From IMG/VR virus record IMGVR_UViG_3300035520_001075, positions 32,001-96,000 of that record: DNA of 64,000 nucleotides; one strand, written 5' to 3'. Of the stretch, positions 1 through 12,115 are shown piece after piece. This DNA comes from a virus (Duplodnaviria; Caudoviricetes). Below the pieces are notes generated by a model that worked only from the letters and a program-made list of their open reading frames with translations, was not told where the DNA came from and searched no databases. The position numbers and the translations under genes were made by a program. Each line of letters starts with the position of its first letter. The first letter of the stretch is position 1.

Positions 1-196
1 TAATAAAGCGGATAATCAGCAGCTAAATTCTTAGGTTTTGAAATAATTTTTCTAAAATTTTAAAGAAGAAGTTCAACGACTATTGGTGATGAATGTAGCC
101 AAGTAAGATTACTTTAATCTGAAATAGAAGACAGCTTTATGCTGAAGATATAGTCTACTCCCCTTAGTAAATATCGGGAAACCGAGGGTAGAAAGG
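1..196 (+). mobile_element. Group I intron TMP-I1 (5' end outside the window)
   Basis: Core motifs Q AATCAGCAGC, R GTTCAACGACTA and S AAGATATAGTCT. Terminal G at 196 is followed by exon sequence encoding IARFTEL. Confidence 0.85.
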
Positions 197-3100
197 AATA
201 GCCCGTTTTACAGAATTGTCTGAAAACGTCTCAGCAGAAGATTCTGAATTTGATGACTTAGACTACAATGATGTAGATACGGCATTAAAATCTGTAGGTA
301 TCTCATTAAAAGATGCCACAGGACAATTTAGGGATTTGGACGATGTATTTTTAGAGTTAAGCTCTAAATGGAGTACATTGGACCGTAATACCCAGCGTTA
401 TCGGATACCATTCCATTTTTTAAATGTGTTTGTATCACAAGAAAAACATTTTTAAAATATTGACTTTAATAATATTTTGTGATATAATATTATTAGTAAA
501 GGAAAATCTTTACTAAATATTATAGTTAGGAGTGATATGAAAATGGTTGAAGGAAAACCAGTTATAATTAATGGAAAGGAAACACAGTATTTTTTATTTA
601 AGAATGGAGATTTATATAATGAAAATACGCATAGAATTGCACAAGGTGCAATAAATCAAGGGTATATAAGATTTACTCTTGAAATTGATGGAGAAACTAT
701 AGGCATTTATAAACATCAATTAATGGCTCAATTATTTATTCCAAACCCTGAAAACAAACCTATTGTTCATCATAAAGATGGGTGTCCAAGAAATAATACC
801 TTAGATAATTTAGAATGGGTAAGCCAAGAAGAAAATCTTAATAAAATTATTAATCCAGTTGAACATAAAATAACTGAAAAATTAACATTAGAAGAATTAG
901 AAGAAGAAGAATGGAGACCTTTACAAAATAGTAAATACGAAGTATCAAATATGGGTAGAATTAAAAATTTACAAACTGGAAAAATAACTTTTGGTAGTAG
1001 GAATAAAAATAGTGGCTATATTAGGTGGACATATAATGATTTAAATGGAAATCGACAAGAAATTCAAGCTCATAGAGCTGTTTATATGGTTTTCCACCCA
1101 GATGAAAAAATCAATGTTATTAATCATATTGATTCTAATAGAGGTAATAATAGATTAAGTAATTTAGAGAATGTTTCTCAAAGAGAGAATGTTATAAAAA
1201 GTTATTATCAAACAAAAACAAAACAGACAAAACTAACTGGACAATATGATTTAGAGATGAATTTAATTCAAGTTTTTCCTAGTACCTCAGAAGCTGCAAA
1301 AAATATTGGATTAAACAATTGTTCAAATCTCTCTCGTGCGATGAAAACTGGCGGCATTAGCCATGGTTATTATTGGAGGGAAATTTCAAAAGCAGAATAT
1401 GATGAATTCTTAAATAAAAAATAATAAAGCTAGGTAACGTAACCCATTGAATTGCGGGAATCTCCTTTAAAATAACACAACCAAACAATTCTAAGAATTG
1501 CGGCGAAGGTAATGACTAAGGTATGGTAATATCGTGTTATTTTGGACAATCCGCAGCGAACTTATTTACTTTTTAGTGAATAAAGCGTTCAACGACTATC
1601 GAAATTATAAGTAGAGTAGATTTTTGGAAATCGAAGTAGTGGGGAGTTAGTTATTAACTCATGATATAGTCTAGCTATTATTGAAAGATAATAGAAAAAC
1701 TGATAGCAACTACTGCGGCTTGACTTTAAACGGGTCGCATAAAATCTTTTGAATTGCGGGGACATAATTAAATTTTGAAATACTAAGCAGAAGCGGCGAT
1801 GGGTAATTCCAAAGGTATAGTAAAAAGTTTCAAAATATTATAATCCGCAGCGAATTTTTCTAATAGAAAAAACGTTCAACGACTATCGAAAGCAAATTGT
1901 AAGTAGAGTAGATTTTATAGAGTCGAAGTGGAAGACACTCTAAAAGAGTGAAGATATAGTCTAATATTTATTAATATAATAAATATAGGGTTCTCGTTAA
2001 AATGCTGGCGAAGTGTACAGCCTAAAAAAACACAATTCTTTCAAATGCTGGGACATCTTAAAGCCCATTATACCACAGCACAAAGAGAAATCTTAAATGC
2101 GAAGGTTCTAAAAAATAATGGGATTTATAGGATACTATAAAATAGACAATCAGCATCCAAGCACCGCCAAGGTGAAGGTTCACAGACTTAAAAGAGAATT
2201 ACTAATAGTAAATTATATAGTCGAGCTTTATTGAAAAATAAAAGGAAGTGATTTAATATGTATAAAACAATTATGATTAATGAGTAGATAACAGAATATT
2301 TAATTTTTGATGATGGGCGTTTATTTAATAAAAAGACAAATCATTATTTAAAAGGAAGCATTAGTTCAACTGGTTATAGAACTTATTAGCTAACAGTTAA
2401 GGGCAAATACTATAATATGCTTGCTCATAGATTAGTAGCGGAATATTTTTTAGACAATAAAAATAATTTGCCTTATGTTTATCATAAGGACGGTAATCGT
2501 CTTAATAATTATAAAAATAATTTAGAATGGGTTAGCTTTTCTGAAAATTCAATAGAAGCCTATGCGGCTGGCCGCAGAACGTCTCATGCTACTAAACAAT
2601 ATATTACAGAAGAAGAATTAGCTAATAAAGAATGGAGACAAATTGAACAAACTCAATATTATGTTTCTGAGTATGGAGATGTTTATAATTCTAATACGAA
2701 AGCAAAATTAAGACCAAAGAAAGATGGCTATTTACGCTATTCAATTTTTATTGATAATGAAATTAAAATAATTCCTGCTCATATTTTAGTTTATAAAGCT
2801 TTTGTTAATAAGGAAATTCATAATGAAATAGACCATATAGATGGTAATAAACTAAATAATCACTATACCAATTTAAGAGATATATCTCATTCTGAAAATA
2901 TGATTAATGCAATGAATAATGGTCATAGAAATAAAATAGCGGTAGAGCAAATTGATGAGAATGGAAATATTGTTAAAATTTTCCCATCTATAGCTGCCGC
3001 CGCAAAAGAAATGAAATGCCAACCTGCTCTAATAAGAAGGGCAATAAAAAACAAAAACAAAACTCATAATTACTATTGGAAAAAACATATTAAATAATCT

Positions 3101-6100
3101 ACTTGCAGCAGAGTAGATTCTTAGCTTAAAATTTAAGGCTACAATATTTGAATTGCTGGAAACTCCTTAGAGCCTAATAAACTACAACATAAAAAGAAAT
3201 TTTAAGTGTGATAGTTTAAAAATTATTAGGATTGGACAATCAGCAGCCAAGCATCGTTAAGATGAAGGTTCAACGGTCATTACGTAGGAATAAGCATTCC
3301 GAAGCGGAGAATTTCTGGAAAGATAAGATATGACCTTTTCTTATAGGAAACTATAAGCCATATTGGAAAGTTATTTAGCGAATAGCTTTAAAAATAAAAG
3401 TTAATGGAAGATTACGATAGAACAGTGGAACTTGTTGAAACAGCACAAGATTCTACTGGTAAATCCTCTGAACAATTTGCAAAATATCAAGATACACTCG
3501 AAAATAAAGTTAATAAATTAAACGTTGCCTGGGAAAAATTAAGGTAGAAATTTGTTAGCTCAGATATATTTAAGGGAGCTATTGAAAGTATTACAAAACT
3601 TGTTGATAAATTAAATAGCTTTAGTATTGCGGATTTTGCAGCATTGGGAACTGTATTTGTTACACTTGGCAATACTGCTGCAGAATCTTTTTTAAATGGA
3701 TTTCGTTCTACTCTAAAAGGAGTCGGACAAATAACAACCATGATGTCAGAAAAGTTTACTTTACAAGCCTTTCCTGAATTTAGTAAAAATTCAAAAGAAA
3801 AATTACAAAAAGAACTTGAAAAAAGTAATAATTGGGTAGAAAGAGCAACATCTAATTTGGAAGCTAATAAAACAGCAAGGTCCGAAAATTATAGTCTTTT
3901 AAATTCTCTGAAACAAAAGTAGGTAAAAAATCTTGAAGAAGTTAAAAATTTGAAAAATTCTCAACTAATAAGTCTCATGCGTGGAGACAGTGATGAGGTA
4001 CTACAAAGAATTGAGAATAGTTTACAAGAAAAACAAAAAATAGGAGAACAAATAGGAGAAGATCTTCAAGCAACAGAACAAGAACAAGAGAAAATAAATT
4101 AGGCTATTGTAAAAGGAAAAAAGGATTTAGCTGAAGCAAAAGCAGACCAAAGTTTTAAGACTCAAAAACTACAAGATTCTGTAGTTGTAGATTCTACAGA
4201 ATTAGCTGAAACTGCAAAAAATTCTTTCGTTACTGCATTTACCACTGGTATTACAGTAGCTTTTGCAACTGAAAATCCTATTAAAGCAGGGCTTTCTGCG
4301 GCAGTGGCAGGGGCAGTAGCTTTCTTGCCTATTATTTTTAAAACAATAAAAACGTTAATGACAAAACAATCTTTGAGTTTGGGTCAAGCAGCTGCAAAAG
4401 CCTTTAATTCAGGATTGGGCCCTTATGCAATTATTGTCGTGGCTGTTGCTGCTGCTATAGCTGCAGTTGTAGCTGGAATAAAAAAATTACAATCAACCAT
4501 GGAAGCCAATTCTATTGGTGGCCGCATTAGTGCTCTTGAAGAAGATATTGATAATGCCACAGAATCTGCGACGAAGTTAAAAGAGGCTTTATCAAAAACA
4601 ACAGAAGAGAAAAAATCATTAGAAGAAATTAAAGAAACTTATAATGAGCTAAAAAATAAGCTAATTTTAACAGAAGAAGAGCAAGAAGAATATAATTCAA
4701 TGGTAGAGACTTTAAAAGAGAGTTATCCAGAATTAATTACTTACTATGATGAACAAAATAATAAAATTACAATTTCCAACTCTTTATTAGACGAACAAAT
4801 AGAAAAGGTTTCGGCATTACAAAAATTAGAATCTCAGCAAGTGTTAGCAGCGGATTATAAAACAGAAGGATTGCAAAATCAATATGATACGTTAAATGAA
4901 ATACTAAGCGGTTATTCTAAGTTTGGCTTTGATGCGACGTGGGCGACAGAAGATGACAATATATTTAAAGAATCTTCTTTTAATACTAACACTATAAGTA
5001 TGATTGATGAAGAAGGCTTATTAGATATTTATAATAAATATCTCAATAAAAGCACACCTGTTGTTTCAATGTCAGCGGAAGATAGGAACGCTGTTATAAA
5101 TGCAATACAATATGCCTTCTCAGGTGATTATGCTTATCTTTCAGGTATTTCAGACAATTATAAAGAAGGAGCACAAGCATTAGCTAATGCAGCAGAATCA
5201 GAAAGAGAAATCATAGATGGATTAAAGAATGACTTTGCGGAACTCTATAGCTATGCTACCGATTATTATAGTACAAACTATTCTGATATGACAGAATCTG
5301 AGCAGGATATACGAGGGGCAATTGCCGCGGCATATATTGACAAGTTAAATGATATTGTTATTTCTGATAGTACCGATATGTAGGACGTATTGACATAGGT
5401 ATCGGAAATTCTTGGAGATTCAGGGATTGTAAATTTAGATTAGTTTGAAAACCAATTTACATCAGCATATGCCAGTCTTAAAAGTGGGTGGAAAGGAGCG
5501 AATACTTTAGCTTAGAACGATGCTTCTGCTAGGTCATTATTAGCTCTTTTGGGTATTACCACAGAACAAGAATATGCTGACCTTGGTATAAAAGATTGGG
5601 GTAATGATGATATTTTAGCTTATATGAATAGTAATTTTATTCCTTTATTATCAGAACAAATAACAGAAGCTTTAGGAGAAGTAGAAATAGATAGTAATGC
5701 ATTATCTGTAGCAAATGAACTTTTTACTGACGTAAACGAGATGTCAGCAGAAGAATATGCAAATGCTAAAAACACTTTATCTGAGGCATTAACCCAATAT
5801 GATGATATTGATATAGATACTGTTTTGGGAGCTCTTTTTGATTAGACTACAATTGATAATGCCGTAGAAAGTTTACAGGCCTATAATAACACGTAGGATT
5901 TTACCATTAGTAATTACACTACAATGGCATCTGCTTTAGCTAACTTACAAGACCGTTTCGGTTCTTTAGATGCATATGCACAAGACTCTTTCCAAGATTA
6001 TATTAATTTTATTCAAGGACAAAATTTATCAAGTGATGTCGCAAATGCATTATTTAATATTGATGTTTCTTCTTTTGATGGACAAACAAGAGAAGAAATA

Positions 6101-9100
6101 AAAGAGGCAATAATTGAACTAGTATCAAATGAAGACCTCGAAGGGGCATTGGGAGAGAAAGAAGCAAAAGCTTTTGCAGAGGGCTATATTAATGAATTAG
6201 AAACAGGAGCTTTGGCGGATTTTAGCATTACTTCTGTTGTTGGTTTTGAATCTGAAATTGATGATATAAAAGAATAGGCTAAAACTATTACAGATTCAAT
6301 GTCTTCTATTACTGATGCAATTACCAATTAGGCGGAAAAAGGATACATTACCGTTAGCAATTATGCTACTTTAGCAGAACAATTAAGCAGTTTAGACTTA
6401 GATGTAGATGATTATGTTTCTGTTAATGATAATGGAGATTATAGTTTAAATGCAGAGGCTTTAAGAGATGCTTATGCAGAACAACTTAATGATAAAGAAA
6501 ACTTAGTTGAATTGGCAAAAGAAGATTTACAAAACGGTATTGATGAATTAGATATTCAAATTCAAATCCTTGAAAGTATGCTCAACGGAGTTAATGCAGA
6601 AGATGCAAAGGGAGAAGCCATTGCTCGAAACAATAGACTTTATGCGGAACAATTAGCATTATAGGCTGGTCAAGACGTTGATACTTATTTAACAAATCAT
6701 AATATAAGTTTATCTGATGCACAAAGTTCGTTAACGACTGAACAAAAGAAAATAATACAAGATCAAATTGATTCCCTGTAGGCTCAAAAAACAGATATGG
6801 AAAATAAAAAGAATAACTTAACTGAGGATGAAGCAGAAAAGATAATATCTCCTTATTTAAATGACCTTTTACGTACATATACTGAGGCTTGGGATGATGG
6901 AGTAGAAAAAGCAGAAGACGCAGAAGATATTGAAGACGCTTTAGAAGCTATTGAAGAAGCAGAGCAAGATGTAATTGATAAAACAAAAGAACTTCAAGAA
7001 GCATATCAGGGCTCAGCTTGGTATGAGAGTGCAGTGGATTAGCTGTATAATTATACTACTGCTTTGGATTATGTTGCTGATAAAATTAGTGATTTTAAAG
7101 ATACTCTTGATGATTTAAGTGCTGATGATAATATTACTGAAAATTTAAATGGATATTTAGAGAATATTAAGAAATATAATACAATTTCAGAAGCAGAGAA
7201 AAAAGTTCTTGAACAAGCTAATCAGTCAATTATTGATGGACTTGACAATACTTTAACTAAAGAATTACAGGCTCTTAGCGAAAAATATAGTGATTATAAG
7301 ATTGATACAAATGTTTCTGATTATTATACTTATGATGAATATAGCGGAACTTATATGGTTAATAGTAATGCACTGGCCGCCGCCAAGATGTCAGATACCA
7401 TTAAGAAAGAAATCGAAACACAAGTTCAGCAGTTAAATAGTAATTTAAGTTCAATAAACGATATAAATGAAAATGTAAAGAAATATGAGTAGGAATTAGA
7501 AGATTTACAAGAAACAGCATTAAACAATCAAGTTGCTCTTGAAGATGAAGTAATTTCAACCTTAAAGCAAAAGTATCAAGAAGAAATTGATAATGCTAAA
7601 GATAAATATCAAGCATTAGAAGATGCTAATGATGAATATCTTGAAGCTTTACAAGATGCAATTCAGAAAGAAAGAGATTTAAGAAGTGAACAGGATAGTT
7701 GGGACGACTTAGCTAAGAAAGAAAAGAAACTGTCTTTAATTTCAAGAGATACTTCTGGGGCAAATCAATCTGATATTCAAAGTTTACAAGATGAAATTGA
7801 TAATGATAGACAAACATTATTAGATGATACTGTCGATAATATTCTTGAAACAATGAAAGAACAATATGAAACACAGAAAGAACAAAATGATACTCAAATA
7901 GAAATTCTTGAAAATCTTCATAGCGACGAAGCAATCACAAAAGAAGCTGTAAGTCTTATCGCAAGTTGGCAAACAACAGATGATATGATATTATGGATGA
8001 CTCAAAATTCAACAGAGTATGAAACTTGGTCTGATTCTAAATATCAGCAAATGGTTGAATCTTGGGAAAAAGAATTCCTAGCAAAACAAGCAGCAGATGA
8101 AATATTATAGACAGATTTATTATCTCAGACTAAGACAGACGCGGAAGAAATTGAACAAACATATGAAGCTTATGACCAAACAGCAACAACTCAGATAACA
8201 ACTGCTATTGGAGACGATATAGATACTGTTTCTACAGAAATTAGTGATGCTAAAAAGGCTTTAGAAGAGGCACAAAAAACATTAATAGAAAAGCAAGAAG
8301 CTTATAATGAATTAATAACTAATATTGATGAAAATGTTGCAGATATAGCAAACGGAAAAACAGCGGATAATGATAATAACGATAATAAAGATAATGATAC
8401 CGTTGCAGACGAAACAGCAGCATATTATAAGGAACAATATGATAAAAATGCTAATAATCCAGCTGCTCAAAGTGCTATAATTTCAACAGCTAAAAATAAT
8501 GGATATAATTTTTCTAATGGATTTTTTTATAAATCGTCTAGTATTTAGAATAATGACGATGATACTTCTAAACTAACAGAAGCCAAGGCATTATATACAC
8601 AATATTTAGCTAATGAAGGTAATGCTAATGCACAAACACAAATTGGTAATTTAATATCTAAAACTGGTTATACTGTTGAACAAATCAAAGAAACATATAA
8701 CAATTCAGGATTATCGTTGATAAATAAAGCAACAGTTTCAAGTGAAGATGCCGTAAAAGAAGGTCAGTGGTATTCTGTAAACACAGGAACAACTAATGAA
8801 TGGACTGAATACGGACAAGTTCTATGTGCAGACACCCAAACAGAGTTAGAACAAATTATACAACTCGGCAGAAAATAGGGCTATCTTGCTAATATAGAAT
8901 TTGCTATGACCCATAAAGGAACCGATGAACCTACATACTTTTTTAAATCAGGCGGCCTTGTTGACTACACTGGTCCAGCATGGGTAGATGGTACAAAAAC
9001 CAAGCCAGAAGCTTTCCTCTCAGCATCAGACACTCAACGTATAGGAGAAGCCGCAGAACTTCTTGCTAATATTCCAATACTCAACTCAACATCAACTTCA

Positions 9101-9265
9101 GCAACCAATCTTGCCACAAATGTTGGAGATACAACAATTGAAGTTCACATTAATATAGAAGAAATCTCATCAGATTACGATGTAGATTCAATGATTGATA
9201 GAGTTAAACAAGACATTGTAGATGTTTCTAATCCAATAGGAACACAAGTAATGTTGTCGAAATAA
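197..9265 (+). CDS. Tape measure protein (5'-partial, spliced, TAG read-through)
   Basis: Exons 197-401, 1703-1720, 1989-1997, 3106-3126 and 3401-9265. The spliced product reads DTALKSVGISLKD..GQFRDLDDVFLELSSKWSTLDRNTQRY-IATTAA-GSR-QQSRFLA-LMEDYDRT. Track ORFs 3644, 4304, 5549, 5924, 6797, 7064, 7853 and 8906 share one frame broken only by TAG. The protein is coiled-coil and Ala-rich, ends GGLVDYTGPAWVDGT...TAA, and lies upstream of Dit. Confidence 0.9.
460..488 (+). promoter_or_regulatory. SigmaA-type promoter for the intron HNH gene
   Basis: TTGACT-17 nt-TATAAT with an extended -10 TG. Same consensus as the - strand early promoters. Confidence 0.8.
537..1424 (+). CDS. Intron-encoded homing endonuclease with two HNH domains and a NUMOD1-like C-terminus
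   Basis: Motifs VHHKDGCPRNNTLDNLEW and INHIDSNRGNNRLSNLE, NUMOD4-like EEWRP..YEVSNMGRIK, C-terminal F.S..EAA. RBS GGAG. No internal TAG. Confidence 0.88.
   Translation: MKMVEGKPVIINGKETQYFLFKNGDLYNENTHRIAQGAINQGYIRFTLEIDGETIGIYKHQLMAQLFIPNPENKPIVHHKDGCPRNNTLDNLEWVSQEENLNKIINPVEHKITEKLTLEELEEEEWRPLQNSKYEVSNMGRIKNLQTGKITFGSRNKNSGYIRWTYNDLNGNRQEIQAHRAVYMVFHPDEKINVINHIDSNRGNNRLSNLENVSQRENVIKSYYQTKTKQTKLTGQYDLEMNLIQVFPSTSEAAKNIGLNNCSNLSRAMKTGGISHGYYWREISKAEYDEFLNKK
1721..1988 (+). mobile_element. Group I intron TMP-I3 (no ORF, 268 nt)
   Basis: P1: exon GCGGCT pairs with GGTCGC. Core AATTGCGGG, AATCCGCAGC, GTTCAACGACTA, AAGATATAGTCT. Terminal G at 1988. Confidence 0.88.
1998..3105 (+). mobile_element. 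Group I intron TMP-I4 with an HNH gene in the P9 region
   Basis: IGS TGCTG-GCGA: P10 TGCTG pairs with 3' exon CAGCA. Core AAATGCTGG, AATCAGCA, GTTCACAGACT, ATTATATAGTC. Terminal G at 3105. Confidence 0.85.
2258..3097 (+). CDS. Intron-encoded double-HNH homing endonuclease with two in-frame TAG codons
   Basis: RBS AAAGGAAGTG precedes ATG 2258, in frame with track ORF 2417. The N-terminus MYKTIMINE*ITEYLIFDDGRLFN..GYRTY*LTVKGK aligns with the N-terminus of the 537..1424 paralogue. Two HNH motifs. Confidence 0.82.
3127..3400 (+). mobile_element. Group I intron TMP-I5 (no ORF, 274 nt)
   Basis: P1: exon TAGCT pairs with GGCTA. P10 TTAA pairs with exon TTAA. R GTTCAACGGTCA and S AAGATATGACCT show a compensated P7. 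Terminal G at 3400. Confidence 0.88.
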
Positions 9266-9320
9266 AGAGAAGATTGAGAGTTCTCTATGAGGACTCTCAT
9301 CTTCCTATAGATGAGGTGAA

Positions 9321-12104
9321 ATGATGAGACAGATAAAGGATTTTGTTGGCTTTAGATTTGGTAATGTCCATTCAAGTGAACTTAATTTATTAGTAGTATC
9401 TTCCAGTGATAGATATGAAAAGAATTTACTTCCAGACCCAACAGATTATACAACTGAAATCCCAGGTTCAGATGGAACTTATTACTTTGGACAAACCTAC
9501 AAAGACAGAACTTTTACTGTTAATGTTGCTTTTGATAGAGTAAGTGAACCAATCTTTAGAAAAATTTCTTAGTTATTTGCTAATGATAAACTTCAAGATT
9601 TAGTCTTCGATGAAATGCCTTTTAAAACTTACAAAGCAAAAATTAAATCTAATCCAGACTTTAAATTCATTTGTTTTACAGATAGAGATACTGGAGAACG
9701 AGTTTATAAAGGAGAAGGAACTTTAGTATTTATTTGCTATTTTCCTTATGCTTTTGGTTTTAATAAGTACGTTGTAAGAGCGGCAGACTTCTATAAGTGT
9801 GCTCAGCCGAAAGACATTATTATTAACAAACTTGAAGATAATCCATATAGAAAAAAGAAAAAGCCAAAGTTTTGGCCTGCTATTATAAAAGACCATTATA
9901 ATGTTGAATATAATATGAGAACTCCTTGGAAGGGCGGCTACCCTACAATAGAACAAGTTCAATGGGGAGAACTTTATTTTAAAGGCCCAGAAGATTCTGA
10001 GAAAAAAATGATTATTGATGTGCGTAATTATTGGAAGAATATCCCAGAATGGCAGGGAACAGCAAAGTTATTAACAACTCCTACTCTTGATTATGACCAA
10101 GAATTGATTTTTGCACCGCAGTTTTCAAAGTGCAAGTTTATTAATATGGACACTGGTTATTATACTGAAAATGATATGATGGGTAGTAGAATTTTAGTTT
10201 ATAATCCAGGTGATTTACCAATTGAATTTGAATTAAAAATGGAAGAGAATAAAAGAACTTTCTGGTCTTCAAGAATGGGCAATGGTTTTAGAATTAGTCG
10301 CTTTAATGTTGAAAGATTATCTATTGAACAAGCAGTAGATTGGACTGGATTAACAACATTAGAACAAGTAGATGATAAACCTTATAAATATGGTAATAGA
10401 TATTTTAAGTTAGACGATAGCGAACCAGATGATACAGAGCTTTTAAAAAATATTGATGAGTATACTAATAAGAATTGGTTGGAAGAAGACATTCTTATGG
10501 AAGAAGGAGATACTCATAATTATGGCTATTATGATAGAGAAGGTAATGAAGTTATTACAGACGTGATAGTAGATGGAAAAGAGGGTAATACTGCTTACAC
10601 AACTCCTAATGGGGCGGCCGCTAAAGAAATTGCATATAATTTACATTTAAAAGAATATCAAGATTCATTATATAATTTTATTGACGAAAAAACCGAATAT
10701 CGTTTATTAAAAGCAGCCCACCCTCATCACACTTATATTGCTGAGCCAATTCCTCGCCAAAAGCTTGGACACTATATCAAATTATTCTATTGGCAGTCAG
10801 AACAGCAGTTTAAAGATAACTCAAAAAAATTAGCAAACCTTTATCCACAGTTAAAGTTTGAAGATGGAATTAAGATTGCAAATAGATATGATGAGTTAAG
10901 AAGTCTTTGTATAAATGAAGATGAAGAATATGAGTTATATTGGGAAACTTTGAAAATGGCCATTCTTGATAAATACAAGGATTGTAATGTTTTTTCTGAG
11001 AAAACTTCTACATATTATGATTCAACTTATACTTATGAAGATTTTGTAGAGAGCTTCTTATATCACCCAATGGAATTTATTACAGTCGATACAGATAAGG
11101 AACTTGATTATGGTCAAGATACTTTAAATATCTATAATTATCCTCAATGGATTACAGAAGATTACTTAGAAATCGACCCATCAGCACTTGCTTATGATGA
11201 GGATTATAGAACTTATAATAAAACCGAAAATATGCCAGATGCACTTTTCCTTGACACAGAAGAAAGAATTCTTTTTGAGAATCAAAATCCAGATGACTTT
11301 TATAAATATAAACCTACTAAAATACTTTACAATGATTCTATTAAAAAAGGAAAATGGTTTAAGTTGCCGCCAGGTTGGAGCTTAATAGCAATTGAACCTA
11401 TTTCTGATGAGGAATATTGGGGTGGAAAACGTTGGTTAGATGCAAGACCTTTTGATTGGGGCTATGGCGGTGATGAGAATCGGAATCCACGAGAAGTTCA
11501 ACAGTTATTTGATGGCGTATATGATTATTGTGTTAATAAATTTCTCAAAAACTCAGAAGATGAGGGAACTTATTATAAAGAAGAAGCTTTTAGTCGAGAT
11601 AACGTAAATACATGGTTGGCAAAAGGCTATAATAATGGACTTTTTGATTTAAACGGTGGAAAGAATTCTCCAGCAGAAAAATCGTATATTAATAATGATA
11701 ATCAGCCAGTGTTAGACATAAATACACTTGATGATGAAGATAGAATGAAGATTAGGAATTGGTTCTTCTATTATAAGGAACAAGCGAAGTCAAAAAATGA
11801 TACGTTTGCTTATCAGCTCTATTGTAAAAGAGAAACACAAGCAGAATACTCTTTCTTAAAATTATTATATCGAGTTTGGAATAAAATTTCCCCTTACTAT
11901 TCTTGGACTGCAGGAAAAGGCGTTTTTGAAGATGGAGAAGATTTGGACGATAGCGGCCGCCCTAAGAGATGTATCAATGCTCATATCTCAGATTGGTGGT
12001 ATTATGCTTGCAACTATATGTGGGCAAATTTCCCTCCTTTGTATTGGGGACTTGCAGATTTATTAAACGGATTACAAATTAAATATGTTCCACTATTTTA
12101 TTAA
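9321..12104 (+). CDS. Distal tail protein (Dit-like) with a large insertion, about 927 aa
   Basis: Track ORFs 9321 and 9615 join through TAG 9570-9572. Dit-like N-terminus (F.FG...S..L, IPGSDG.YY, LVFDEMPFK.Y.AK). Directly follows the tape measure gene. Confidence 0.75.
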
Positions 12105-12115
12105 GAGGTGAGAAA

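Larger units (their letters stand above)
402..1702 (+). mobile_element. Group I intron TMP-I2 with an HNH gene in the P1 loop
   Basis: The 5' exon end CGTTAT pairs with IGS GTAACG (1434-1439) with a U-G at the splice site. P10 GCTA pairs with 3' exon ATAGC. P/Q/R/S motifs lie at about 1450-1672. Terminal G at 1702. Confidence 0.88.

Noticed and set aside
402-455. C-terminal tail RIPFHFLNV... of track ORF 216..455 as real coding sequence
   Set aside because: It is intron sequence read past the splice site at 401. The tails of track ORFs ending at 31292, 37935, 49993, 55365, 56184 and 56869 have the same explanation.
9269-9304. Hairpin between the tape measure and Dit genes as a terminator
   Set aside because: The stem is strong but has no T-tract and lies inside an operon. 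It is more likely a processing or stability element, so it was not called.
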